Shown piece by piece: positions 27,311-40,058 of a stretch of DNA of 64,000 nt (its first letter is position 1; each line of letters opens with the position of its first letter). Source of the DNA: Octopus vulgaris (Eukaryota). The notes beneath the pieces were generated by a model. It searched no databases, was not told the DNA's origin, and saw only the letters and a list, made by a program, of their open reading frames with translations. The translations under genes were made by a program, and so were the position numbers. Where the stretch lies: contig OX597822.1 in assembly GCA_951406725.2 (NCBI GenBank), forward strand, positions 35,278,001 to 35,342,000. The letters are read 5' to 3'.

Positions 27311-27519
27311 ATTGATTAACAACACTTATTATTGCATACACAGACATACACACATACACTCTCATCCCAGCACACACACTTTATTCCCTAATGGTACTGA
27401 ATGTTATACATACATATATATGGGTGTGTATGTAGAGAGAGAGAGAAAGAGAGAGATGTATAGATATATACATAGATGTACATATATATACATATATCTA
27501 TAAACATATAGATATTTTT

Positions 27520-28345
27520 CCTCTCCTCCTGTTTTTGATTTGACCATACAAACACATTCCCAACTTTGAAGTCACTTCAGAAAGACCCTCAATCCAATAA
27601 CACCGTGTATAAACTCTATGCTTGGAATGGTCAATTTTAAATATTTTTGGAACTTACACACAAGGCACAGGAAACTTAAAAGTCAATTCAAAAGAAGAAG
27701 GAAAGTCCATATGAATTAACAAGTCCAAAAAGAAATAAACAAGTCAGTTCAAAAATATGAATAAAAATAAAATTCAAAAGAAACGCAAAAACAGCTCCAA
27801 AAAGAAAGAAAATAAAAGAAGGATAGAGAAAAGAAAAACAGTTCACACAGCAAACAGCAATGGCCAATAGGTACTCCTGGCCAACTTCAACAAGTTTCAA
27901 TGGCAAAATCCAGTAAGATACGCTCCCTTTGTTTTCCAATACAAAAAACAACAAACAGCAGCCCCCGACAGCAGGCAGAATTTCCACAGAGCTGGGCGAA
28001 ATTTACCAACACACAAACAATTAGTATTTGACAAATTACACCCAGCTCAACCGAAAACAAATCCACCTACTTCTACGGTCTTATGCTGGTGTTGTTCTTA
28101 TTTCTCTCAGTTCAATATTGGACAGAGCCAACACACTCACGTCCACCTTGCAAAAACAGTCCTTCCTGTCTTGGTACTCCTTGGTAATCCACAGACACGA
28201 AAACAATTTCCGCAACGAAATTAATTTTTGCGGAGGGGATACGCCTCCTCAAAAACACAATTCTCACTGCAAAGTGAGTCTTTATAGACGGCCACAGGCA
28301 GGCAAATGTCTGGAGCAGAGTGGAGTCTATTACTCACCAAAACAT
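27520..28345 (-). mobile_element. Possible LINE 5' region (unclassified)
   Basis: Strong strand asymmetry and non-host-like composition. No protein motif recognised. Confidence 0.25.
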
Positions 28346-28611
28346 AAAAAATACAGGGCAACAAACTCCACTAAGCCCTCAAAAAAATACAACAAACGCC
28401 TACATGTAGTCGTGCTTCCAAAATGTTCGATTTTCACGTCGCAAGACGTGACTTTCAAGCTACATGAAAAATGCGAAGTCTTCAGTCAGTGTGGTTAGCA
28501 AGCAACTTACCACACAGCCACTCCTACGCCTATGTTTACAATTTCTAGTCATCAAAGTCAACAAATAAATCGAGACAGTTATATTAAGTCTCTACAGTCT
28601 CGAAACAACTA

Positions 28612-29000
28612 GATGGCGAGCTGGCGGAAACGTTAGCACGTCGGACGAAATGCTTAGCGGTATTTTGTTCGTCGCTACTTTCTGAGTTCAAATTCCGTCG
28701 AGGTCGTCTTTGCCTTTCATCCTTTCGGGGTCGATTTAAAAAATACCAATTATGCACTGGGGTCTATATAATCGACTTAATCCGTTTGTTTGTCCTTGTT
28801 TGTCCTCTCTGTGTTTAGCCCCTTGTGGGTAGTAAAGAAATAGGTATTTCGTCTACGTTCTGAGTTCAAATTTCGCCGAGGTCGACTTTCATCCTTTCGG
28901 GGTCGATAAATTAAGTACTAGTTGTGTACTGAAGTCGGTCTAATCGACTGGCCTCCTCCCTGAAAATTTCGGGTCTTGTGCCTAGAGGAGAAAAGAATAT
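28612..29000 (+). mobile_element. SINE family A partial dimer with two different tails
   Basis: First unit ends GGGTAGTAAAGAAATA, second ends AAAATTTCGGGTCTTGTGCCTAGAGGAGAAAAGAAT. Confidence 0.88.
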
Positions 29001-29237
29001 CATGTCTTCAAATTGTGACACTCAAGCACAAAAACAAATAATCCTTTTATTTACGCCAAAAGGATCTTCATATTTGTGCCAAATATAAATATCCGCGATG
29101 CAATACTCGAAGAACTCAAAGATACGCTCATCGAAATTATGTATGATCTTTAAAAGATGATGGGATATAAAATGCCATTATATTTAATGCCCAGTTACAG
29201 AGAGTAGTAAAACAAAACAACACACCGGATTGCTAAT

Positions 29238-29385
29238 ATTCTTTTCGACTCTTGGCACAAAGCCCGAAATTTTTGGGGAGGGAACCTGTCGATTAGATCG
29301 ATACCAGTATGCAACTGATACTTGATTTATCGTCCTCGCAATGATAAAAGACAAAGTCGACCTCGGCGGAATTTGAACTTAGAAC
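29238..29385 (-). mobile_element. SINE family A, 3' part (alternative tail)
   Basis: Reverse complement of the second unit at 28860-29000. Confidence 0.8.
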
Positions 29386-30321
29386 CAGATTGACAATATT
29401 ACCTTACGTCTCTACCCACTGTGCTAGGAACAACGAAACTTATAGTGTACTGATGTGGAAAAAGAAGGAATAGAGTTTTGCAAATACATAAAATTATGAC
29501 AAAGTAAGACAACGCAATCATTCAAGAGAATATTAATAGCTGCTAAATTACGTTCAGAAATAACAGTAACGACCGTCAAAGCAAAGAGAACAATCCAACA
29601 GTGGAACTTGTCTTAACTTGTCCGAAGATAATTCTATTTGAAACAAGGACAATACTTCAAAATAAAGGCTTAATTTACTCAGCACCCGGAAATCCAATAT
29701 ATACATGAACTTCGGGATATGGAGAAAATTATATGGAACAAATCAGAATTACTTAAGAACAAAAGCATGTAGTACAAATTCGATTTCGCAAGGACGTCGA
29801 TGACTGCCTTTGAACATATCGATACGTGTACGGAAAATTATAAAGATTTAAAACTTTTCTTTTTTATATCAATGTAGTGAATGAATTTTCGAACATGCGG
29901 TGGGGAAATAAAAAGACTAGATGCAGTGAAAAGTAACCACCGCATTTAAATGCGGACATTACTTAATTTTAATTACATTTATATTAAATTTTAATTGATT
30001 ATTTTTACATTTAATTAATTTTCATTACTTTTAGATTTTTATTATAAATTGAAAAAAATTAATCTTCCACATATGCCCCCTGTTACTGTCCAAAACAATC
30101 ATTTATTACGTTTATCACCACAAGCAGCTAGTTATGATATTATGAAATTATAATTCTATTACCAACAACAGCTAGTTATGAAACTGCGAAACTATTACAT
30201 CATTAACAACAATCTCATGAATATTTTTGAAAGAGTGAAACCGATAAATTGTATAAATACATTTCAGGCATGATCAAGATCTCAATGCTTTCACTTCTAC
30301 ATTTCGATATAATTTACAATG

Positions 30322-31351
<1,030 letters not shown>

Positions 31352-31370
31352 CTATATATATATATATATT

Positions 31371-31701
31371 TATTTATTATATAGAAGGAGCTTTTACAGG
31401 ACTAGAACTGTTTCATTCAAGAGAAATCTTCAGGAAGCAAAGTCGAACACATTGCACACAGCCATACACAGACACACATATATAAGCGCACGCACACACA
31501 TATACACCTTCGTAAGTAACTATATGGATCTCCGTCGCTGGTGTGAAGAATATGGATTTTATTTTCCGATTAAATTAATTTCTCTTGAATGAAACCGTTC
31601 TAGTCCTGTAGAAGCTCCTTCTATATAATAAATTAATTTTACTCTGCTATGTATTGAGTACCTTATTTACTGTGGTTAACCCCGAATCAACCCGGGACCT
31701 A
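31371..31701. mobile_element. Head-to-head PLE-type ends with a captured inverted copy of nearby DNA
   Basis: 31373-31427 is the reverse complement of 31578-31633. Hammerhead core CUGAAGA-UUUC UCUU GAAU-GAAAC…GUC on the minus strand (about 31398-31433). Middle 31436-31584 is the reverse complement of 32494-32643. Confidence 0.8.
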
Positions 31702-31702
31702 C

Positions 31703-31771
<69 letters not shown>

Positions 31772-33057
31772 TGCGTGTGTGTATACATATATATGTGTGT
31801 GTGTGTGTGTGTGTATGATGGCCTCATCTTGACAGAGGATAGCCGTCCTATCAACGCACACACACACACCACCATGCAATTCCCTGTAACTTCTTCCTTC
31901 CCTGTCCGCATTTCACTTTACTATTTTTGTCGTGTTCTAATGGGTATGGATTTAGAGAGATTCATCTCAATATCTCGATTTTAATCTTGATGGTTTTGGA
32001 GGGAAATTTCATGGAAAAAAGTTGCACAACAAAATCGTTCAGCCTTGTATAATAGTTTAATAGATAACTTCAAGGAGGTCAATTGTATGTTTATCATATA
32101 TTTGACGGGTGAAACCACTGTTTTATGTTTGTGAACGCGTGTGTGAGTGTATGTATATTCACATGTGTTTGGATGTTTGTGTTTATGGGCGTATGTATGT
32201 GCGTGTGTGGTCATTATATGGTAGAATGGTGAGAAAGTTCGCTTCCGAAACCAAAATTCTCAGGTTATTTCCAATGTGTAGGGTCAAAGAGAAGTGATTT
32301 TAGACATAGCCTGTTTTCGACCCTAAGCCATGTTAGTGACTTTTCAAATATGGAAACTTTAAGGAGCCTGTCGAATGGATTATCCCTGTAATCCAAATGT
32401 TTATATTACACAATGTCAGGCTGATTTTGAGCAAGGTTTACGATCATACTACATGTTTCTATGGAATACTCAACCACATCCATATAATACAACGAGAAAT
32501 TAATTTAATCGGAAAATAAAATCCATATTCTTCACACCAGCGACGGAGATCCATATAGATACTTACGAAGGTGTATATGTGTGTGCGTGCGCTTATATAT
32601 GTGTGTCTGTGTATGGCTGTGTGCAATGTGTTCGACTTTGCTTTTATCAGATTTTCTGTTATACTTACACATTCCTGTTAATCTTTGTGTCTTAGAATAT
32701 ATATTATCACTCTACTATATATAGATTCTTCTTCCTCATGTTTTGGGCGCTTTCTTTTTAATCTAACGAAAATATATTCCCTTTCTCTGACTTAAAGCTA
32801 CTGAATGCTATTTCTCACTGAATATCATAAGTCTTCAGCTAGTTCTTGGAAAAATACTTGTAAAATAACTCAAAAATAACAACAGTGACAAACAATTATG
32901 CAAAAAGATAAAAATGAGTTAAATAATATCAAATACAATGTTATCTTACATCTTCATCGAATTCCAAATCTAGTTTATAGACGAAGATTTTGTAAAGTTT
33001 TCATATAAATCATAATGCATGTTTATCAGATATGTTAAAGAACGTCTTTGGATTTCT

Positions 33058-33151
33058 GTGTGTGTGTATGTGCGTGTGTGCGTGTGCGTATATGCAGGTA
33101 TGCATATATGTATGTAGAAATATATAAATGTTTGCCTATATATATACACAA

Positions 33152-33212
<61 letters not shown>

Positions 33213-33378
33213 AATGTATATGCATATATATATATATATACAAATATATATGCATATATATACATATATATGCATATATACATATATATGCATATATATA
33301 TACGCATATATATACATATATATGCATATATACATATATATGCTATATATATACATATATATACATATATATATATAC

Positions 33379-33417
<39 letters not shown>

Positions 33418-33554
33418 TATATACATATATATATATACATATATACATATATATTTATATATACATATATATATATATATACATATATATATATTCATAT
33501 ATATATATACATATATACATATATATATACATATATATATATATACATATATAC

Positions 33555-33613
<59 letters not shown>

Positions 33614-33653
33614 CAAATATATATGCATATATATATATATATACAAATACATA

Positions 33654-33733
<80 letters not shown>

Positions 33734-33778
33734 TATATACATATATATATATACATATATATATACATATATATATAC

Positions 33779-33863
<85 letters not shown>
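33058..33863. repeat. About 800-bp interrupted (TA)n microsatellite
   Basis: Direct inspection. Confidence 0.98.
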
Positions 33864-33866
<3 letters not shown>

Positions 33867-33958
33867 AAGCTTTATGAAAATAAACAAAAGACGAAGGCAG
33901 GTGGAGTACAAACAAACAATTGTATTAGTATGGCGCTCAGGAATATAAATTAAACAAG

Positions 33959-33996
33959 TCTTTTACGTTTCGAGCCTACGCTCCTCAACGGAAAGA
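33959..33996 (-). ncRNA. Minimal hammerhead-like motif with variant core, in pLTR
   Basis: UCUUU-CCGUUGA-G-GAGC GUAG GCUC-GAAAC-GUA-AAAGA. Stem I UCUUU/AAAGA, stem II GAGC/GCUC, palindromic ACGU stem III. Confidence 0.6.
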
Positions 33997-34501
33997 TACA
34001 CAGAAAAGAAACACGGAGAGAAACAAAGAGAGAAAAAAATATGCGTGCAGAAGCTAGCGATTCAACATGGCGATCTGATTCCGGACAGAAGTCAGAGATC
34101 AAACGTGAGACGCAAGAACGAAAATAGGGGAGATAACAGGGTCAAATGACTTCGCCCCAACATAAGGGTGCGTGTGTGTATGAGAGAGTATGTAGTGCGT
34201 ATGAAAGAGTATGTAGTGCGTATGAAAGGTCTGGACGTGTGTATGTATGTATGATGTGATGTGTAATGTCGTATGGTGTAGTGTAGAGAGAGGAGATGAG
34301 GAGCAGAGGGGAGGAGGAAGGAGGAGAGGGGGAGATGAGGGGAGAGGGGAGGAGAGATGAGGGAGGAGAGGGAAGGGGGATAGGGGAAAAGGGGAGAAGG
34401 AAAGAGGAGGGAGGAGGGAGAAGAGGAAAGGTGAGAGTGATGAAGGTGAGATGAGGGGGAGGGGGAGATGAGATGAGATGAGGGGGAGGGGGAGAAGGCG
34501 G

Positions 34502-34534
34502 AGGGTTAGGGTTAGGGTTAGGGTTAGGGTTAGG
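34502..34534 (+). repeat. (TTAGGG)5.5 telomeric-type repeat
   Basis: AGGG TTAGGG TTAGGG TTAGGG TTAGGG TTAGG, perfect over 33 bp. Confidence 0.95.
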
Positions 34535-36248
34535 AAAGAGAAGAGGAGGGAGGAGGGGGAGAAGGAAGGAGAGGAGAAGTGGAGGGGAATGGGAAAGGAG
34601 GGGAGAGGAGGAGGGGAGGAGGGGAGGGGAGGAGGGGGAGGGAAGGGGAGGGAAGCGGAGTGAGGGAGCAAAGAGAAAGACAGAAGGGGAAGAGGGAAGA
34701 AGAAAGAGGAAAGAAGAGGAGGGAAGAAGGGAAGAGGAGGGAAAGAGAGTAGGGCTGAAAAGATGAAGGACTGAAGAGAAATAGGAGTCGGGGGGAGGTT
34801 AGATGAGGAGGGGGGAGAGTTGAGACCAAAAAGTGCGTAAAAGTGCGAAGAGAGAAGATTAATCCCTGTTCACGGCGCAAACGAGAATCCGGATGGCCTC
34901 TGTGCAAGGACAAACCGAACACAGACAGGTGTTGCAAGGAGTGACCGGTGGAGCGGAAATGGCGTGAGACCGGTGTGTCGTTGGCAAGGCGGATGTCACG
35001 GAGGTGTTCCGCGTACCGGTCAGCCAAGCGGCGTCCCGTTTGTCCGATGTACAGGGAATGGCAGAGAGAGCAAGAGATGCAATAGATGATATTGCTGGAG
35101 GTGCAGGTGAAGGAGTTGATGATGCGATAGGGTCGATGATGGGTGCCAGTGAGGAGGGTGGTGTTGGAGAGGTAAGGGCAAGTGCGGCAACGTGGGCGGG
35201 ACCAGGGGAACGAGACAGGTTGGGAGGTAGGGTCAGGGAAGGAGCTGTGGACCAAAAGGTCTCGTAGGTTATGGGCTCGTTTGAAGGAGCGGAGGGGTCG
35301 GTTAGGGAAGAGGTGTGAAGTGAACGGGTCGGACTGGAGATGCTAGAAAGCTCGAAGAATATTGGGTTGGAGAGGTAGGGTCGTAAGTGGTAAGTGAGGG
35401 GAAAGGGGAGGCGGGAGACTACAGGGCGGGTTCGGAGGAGAGAGCAGATTCACGGTCTACGGAACGTGCTCTGGCAAGGGCGGTGTGGATAGTGGTGAGG
35501 GGGTATCCACGTAGGATGAAGTGGCGAGCCATGCGTTGAGACTGAGTCTCAAAGTCATGGTCGTCACCACAGAGCCTACGTAGACGGAGGAATTGGGAAT
35601 AGGGGATGGAAAGTTTGGTGTGTTTTCGGTGGGAGGAAGAGAAGTTTAGTATGAGTGTGAGTCTGTGTGTTTGTAGTGAATGGAGGTGGTAAGAGTGGAG
35701 TGATGAATGCTGACCGAAATGTCGAGGAAGGTGACAGAGGTGTTGGAGATTGTGGAGGTGAAGTGGAGGGCAGGATGGAAGGATTGAACGAAAGAGAGGA
35801 AGGAATCTAGATGTTCACGGGAGAGTGAGGTGGCACCGATAATGTCGTCAATGTAACGACCGTATAGTTCGGGAGTGGGACCAGTGAAATTAGAGAATAT
35901 TTGGGCCTCAACATAGCCAACGAACAGGTTCGCATAGTTGGGGCCCATTCGCGTTCCCATGGTCACTACCGAGAACTGTTGGTAGAACTCGCCCGCGAAC
36001 GAGAAGCAGTTAAGAGAAAGGACAAGTTCGGCCAGACGAATGAGTGTGGAGGTGTCGGGTTCGGGGTTGGGGCGGAGGTCGAGAAAGTGCTGAAGTGCTC
36101 GCAGCCCTTCGTGGTGCGGGATGACGGTATAGAGGCTCTGGATGTCCATTGTAAAAAGTATTTTGGAGGAGCCGGGGGGAAAGGAGAAAGAGTTGAACAG
36201 CCGGAGAGCATGGTTGGTGTCGTGGAGTAATGTGAGTGACGGGCAGCA

Positions 36249-36680
36249 ATGTGAGTGACAACAACGAAAAAGTCAAAAGTGAGCAAACTGAACAAACGAA
36301 TGGAAAAGGTTTTTTGATGCACACGACAAAAGCGGTTTATAATAAACCACGAGTTTGCAAGTAGCGTCCGAGGACCCTTAGAGTACATCAAAAATTTAAG
36401 GTAAAACGTTTGGGGTGGTAGTTATAAAGAGTTGCGTCCCCTAGAAAGTCTGTGGTTTGTGTTTCTGATTCTCGACCCCATGTCGAATTTATCAATTTTT
36501 TTCAGAACTGGGGGAACTTTTCAAAATTTTCGCTGCGTTAGTTTTGAATTATGACATTGGGCTATGTGTGTGTCAAGTTTCATCAGAATCGGTTGAAAGC
36601 CGTGGTCAGAGTGAGGGTACAACCAAACAGACACACAGAAACACACACAGACAAACTGCCGTTTATATAGAGAGAGAAGA
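36249..36680 (+). mobile_element. Helitron-like non-autonomous element, 3' part
   Basis: Ends …TGTGTCAAGTTTCATCAGAATCGGTT…ACAGACACACAG…GTTTATATAG, the same 3' layout as 38621-39140. Confidence 0.5.
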
Positions 36681-36689
36681 GATATATAT

Positions 36690-37702
36690 AACTTAGCTTG
36701 GAATAACTTAGAAAGGTTTTGGACAGTATTGGCCCAGGGCATGTCTAACTTAATAGCACCACCTGGCGAAGTCTTTCATTTCAGGATTTGGGCACCGAGG
36801 CCTATTCGAGCAGAGAGTTATTGTTTGCGGAGACATATCCGGGTGTGGGTGGTTTGTCCGGGACTGTTTGAAGGAATTTGTCCAAAGATTTCTTGAATTT
36901 TGTGTGGTCAGTTTCTGTTTTGACGTGTCCTGGTGTAATGTTGAAGAGAGCGGGTCCAATTGAGGTGAAATAATTGTGTCGTATTGTCGTTATGTGATGC
37001 GATTTAGATTTTTGTTGTGGACGGATGGCACGTGGTCCAAGCCTTGGATGTATTTTGAAGGTGATGCCAACATCATTCGGACAGTGCTGATGGAATATTT
37101 TCCACATCATACAGATAATGTAGCGTTCACGGCGTCGTTGGAATGAATACAGTTTCAGTTTCTCTAGTCTACCCCAGTAGTCAAGGTCTGACATGCCATC
37201 TATCTTTTTTGTGATTGACCTTTGGGGAGCTTCAATTCTCATATTTTGTTTTGTGTAGGGAGACCACAGTGCACAGCAGTATTCAAAGTGGGGTCGGGCA
37301 GAAGTGAAGAAGAGAAGGATAATGGTGTGGGAATCTCTCGACTGGAAGGTTCTGAGAATCCAGGAACACATTCTGCGGGCCATGTCAACTTTGCTGCTTA
37401 TATGTGTAGCCCAGCTTATGTTGTTGTCCACTGTTACTCCCAAGTCTCTGATGTTGTTAGACGCCATGAGAATTTCTCCGGAAGGAAGGGAGTATGGGAG
37501 TTTCAGAGCGTCCTCCCTTCCAAAGTGGATCAGTTCGAATTTGTCTTCGTTTAGAAGTATGTTGTTCTTTTCCGCCCATTGGACAACAGCCAGTAGGTCT
37601 GACTGAAGGCTTTTTCGGTCATCCATGCCATTGATGACCTTCTGGTGCTTGGATTCATCAGCTAAGGTTCTGATGTCACTGTGTTTAATGGTGTCAGTAA
37701 TA
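36690..37702 (-). mobile_element. CR1-clade LINE, 5'-truncated 3' end
   Basis: ORF 36802-37743 contains LQSDL..VVQWAEKN.I.LNEDKF, IRDLGVTVD, RPHFEYC..LWSPY and [15 protein letters not shown]. 3' UTR shared with 51738-52220. Confidence 0.93.
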
Positions 37703-37719
37703 TTAATATATATATATAT

Positions 37720-38605
37720 ATACTTTATAATAGGGTTCAGCAAAGATTTGCTTTACCACATACCGAAGTTTAGAAATAGCAGCCAAAGAACCTTAGCTAT
37801 TTCCTCTACTTTAAAAAGAGACTCCCGGAAAAAAACAAAGTACTCGAAAACAATCCACGAAGGCAGAGAGGAAAAATAACGAAAATCAATCGATATTTGA
37901 TTACCCATGTACGCGTTTCGGAATTAGATCGGTATAAAGAACGTATAATTTATACTTTACCCGAACATTTTCTTCATCAGCATGGGACTTCATAAAATTA
38001 AATATTAAAACTATTAGATTCGAAGACACTGGAAGAATTGAACACATCTCTCCAACTAACAGTAACAGACAGATCATATTCAACATCAATACCGCCGAGT
38101 TTAAAACATACGAATGGGGTCCATCATCTTCACCTGCCCATCCACATGTGTCGCCAAGTAAAATACTACAGAAAAAAATCTGTAGTATATTGTCAGGGAG
38201 AAAATTATATTATCAATAATAACAAAGGGTAAAATTAATTAATTAACTAGTAATCAATAATTTCACCAAGTAGAATTCGGCATGAAAAAGGATCATTTCA
38301 CGGTAAATGGGTAATCAAATATCGATTGATTTTCGTTATTTTTCATCTCTGCCTTCGTGGATTCTTTTCGAGTACTTTGTTTTTGTCAGGGAGTCTCTTT
38401 TTAAAGTAGAGGAAATAGCTAAGGTTCTTTGGCTGCTATTTCTAAACTTCGGTATGTGGTAAAGCAAATATTTGCTGAACCCTATTATAAAGTATTACTT
38501 AAGTTTACCGTGAAATGCTCCTTTTTCATGCCGAATTCTACTTGGTGAAATTATTGATTACTAGTTAATTAATTAATAAATATTACCCTTTGCTATTATT
38601 GATTA
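37720..38605. mobile_element. Non-coding hammerhead-containing element, head-to-head and circularly permuted (retrozyme-like or non-autonomous PLE)
   Basis: 37720-37908 is the reverse complement of 38307-38495. About 38207-38307 is the reverse complement of 38504-38605. Hammerhead at 37904-37986. Both outer ends abut (TA)n. Confidence 0.8.
37904..37986 (-). ncRNA. Type I hammerhead ribozyme motif
   Basis: CCCAUG-CUGAUGA-[long stem II: GAA/UUC, UCGG/CCGA, UAAAG/CUUUA]-GAAAC-GC-GUA-CAUGGG. Perfect 6-bp stem I, canonical core, palindromic ACGCGU stem III. First stem II pair is an A-C mismatch. Confidence 0.88.
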
Positions 38606-38620
38606 TATATATATATATAT

Positions 38621-39137
38621 ACTAGCAGTATCGCCCGGCGTTGCTCGGGTTTGTAAGGGAAATAACTATATAAGCATTTTTAGAGAGTTACTTCCTTTAT
38701 AGATGCCAATTCGGGCTTTCTTAGCCATTTCTGTTTTGGTGTCTTCAAGCCATGAAGTCGTTGTTCTAAAAGAACGCTGGTCTCCTTGACAACGCATTAC
38801 GACGTTGATTTCCTTAAACTCCCTTCCCCACAGCTTCACGAGGGAGGGAAGAAGGGGGAGAAGCAAACACAGGTGCAGGTGTTTGAGCGTGGACGCCAAC
38901 TCCGCCGCCATCGACACACGAAAAATTATGCATTAAAATGGAATAAAAAATGATGTTAAATTATTTTTAAAATCGTAGACTCATCGTAGACGCGCGCTAA
39001 TAGCCAGACAGGCTCGATATTATTCACGACTATAAGATACCCGAATTTGGTTAAACTGCACCGCAAAATGTGAGAGGAGTTAGGAATCTAAATCGTAGGA
39101 GACAGACACTCACACAACTACAGTTTTATATATATAG

Positions 39138-39140
<3 letters not shown>
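38621..39140 (+). mobile_element. Helitron-like non-autonomous element
   Basis: Starts ACTAGCAGTATCGCCCGGCGTTGCTCGGG (CTAG plus a GC hairpin, i.e. a Helitron 3' terminus read on the minus strand) and ends AGACAGACAC…TTTTATATATATAGA. Confidence 0.6.
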
Positions 39141-39169
<29 letters not shown>

Positions 39170-39185
39170 ATTCAAATATATATAC

Positions 39186-39224
<39 letters not shown>

Positions 39225-39756
39225 TACATATATATACACATGTATATATATATACAAATATATATACATCCACCTATGTGTGTATGTATGCATATATATA
39301 TACCCATATATATGTTTACATACATTTTTATATACATTTAAGTATATATATGTATGTGTATGTATGCGTGTGTCTAGGAGTGTGTGTGGGTGAGTGTACG
39401 TATGCGTGAGTGTGTGCATGTGTGTGTGTGAGAGAGAGAGTGAGAGAAAGAGAGAACGTGTTGTTTGTGAAAATATGAAATTTTTCTGCCTTACAAATAA
39501 AATGATTGAGGTAGTATCCTTCGTTGTGCGATCATCAGCAAAATGAATCTTCTAATCACAACACTGGAAAAGGAAGTCTTAATATATAATTAATATATAT
39601 GCTCTACATTTTGTATTGAGTACACTTAACTTCTGCTTTTTGCAGTCACTTTGCCTACCCTCTAACCCTCCCCTCCGTTCTGTCCCTATCTACCCCACTA
39701 TTTTTCTTTGATTCCTTCTCTCCCTATCCGTTATACTCTCTCTGTATATATGTATG

Positions 39757-39803
<47 letters not shown>

Positions 39804-39905
39804 GTATATATGTATTATGTATGTATACATACACATACATATATATATATACATATATATAAACACATATATATATGTATGTATGTATGTATGTATCTAT
39901 CTATG

Positions 39906-39950
<45 letters not shown>

Positions 39951-40020
39951 ATATGTATTATGTATGTATACATACATATACATATATATATACACATATA
40001 TATATATGTATGTATGTATC

Positions 40021-40058
<38 letters not shown>

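Larger units (their letters stand above)
33864..36236 (-). mobile_element. Penelope-like retroelement (Neptune-like), 5'-truncated, inactivated
   Basis: RT motifs MDIQSLYT, MGTRMGPNYANLF and YGRYIDD (35646-36149; premature stop, frameshifts). Thumb region SIPYSQFLRLRRLC. Cys motif (W)SRPRCRTC. GIY-YIG NIIYCISCSLC..LYIGQTGRRLADRYAEH (about 34830-35255). Pyrimidine-rich spacer, then a pLTR with a hammerhead-like motif ending at (TA)n. Confidence 0.95.

Noticed and set aside
32970-33953. Long ORFs (up to 301 aa) of YI/HT/CV repeats here and throughout the window
   Set aside because: Translations of (TA)n/(CA)n microsatellites, which lack stop codons. Not genes.
34099-34671. Pro/Ser/Leu-rich 190-aa ORF
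   Set aside because: Translation of the low-complexity purine/pyrimidine spacer of the PLE.
33864-36236. Active PLE or a telomerase gene
   Set aside because: 5'-truncated with a premature stop and frameshifts. RT motifs and the GIY-YIG domain are PLE-type, not TERT.
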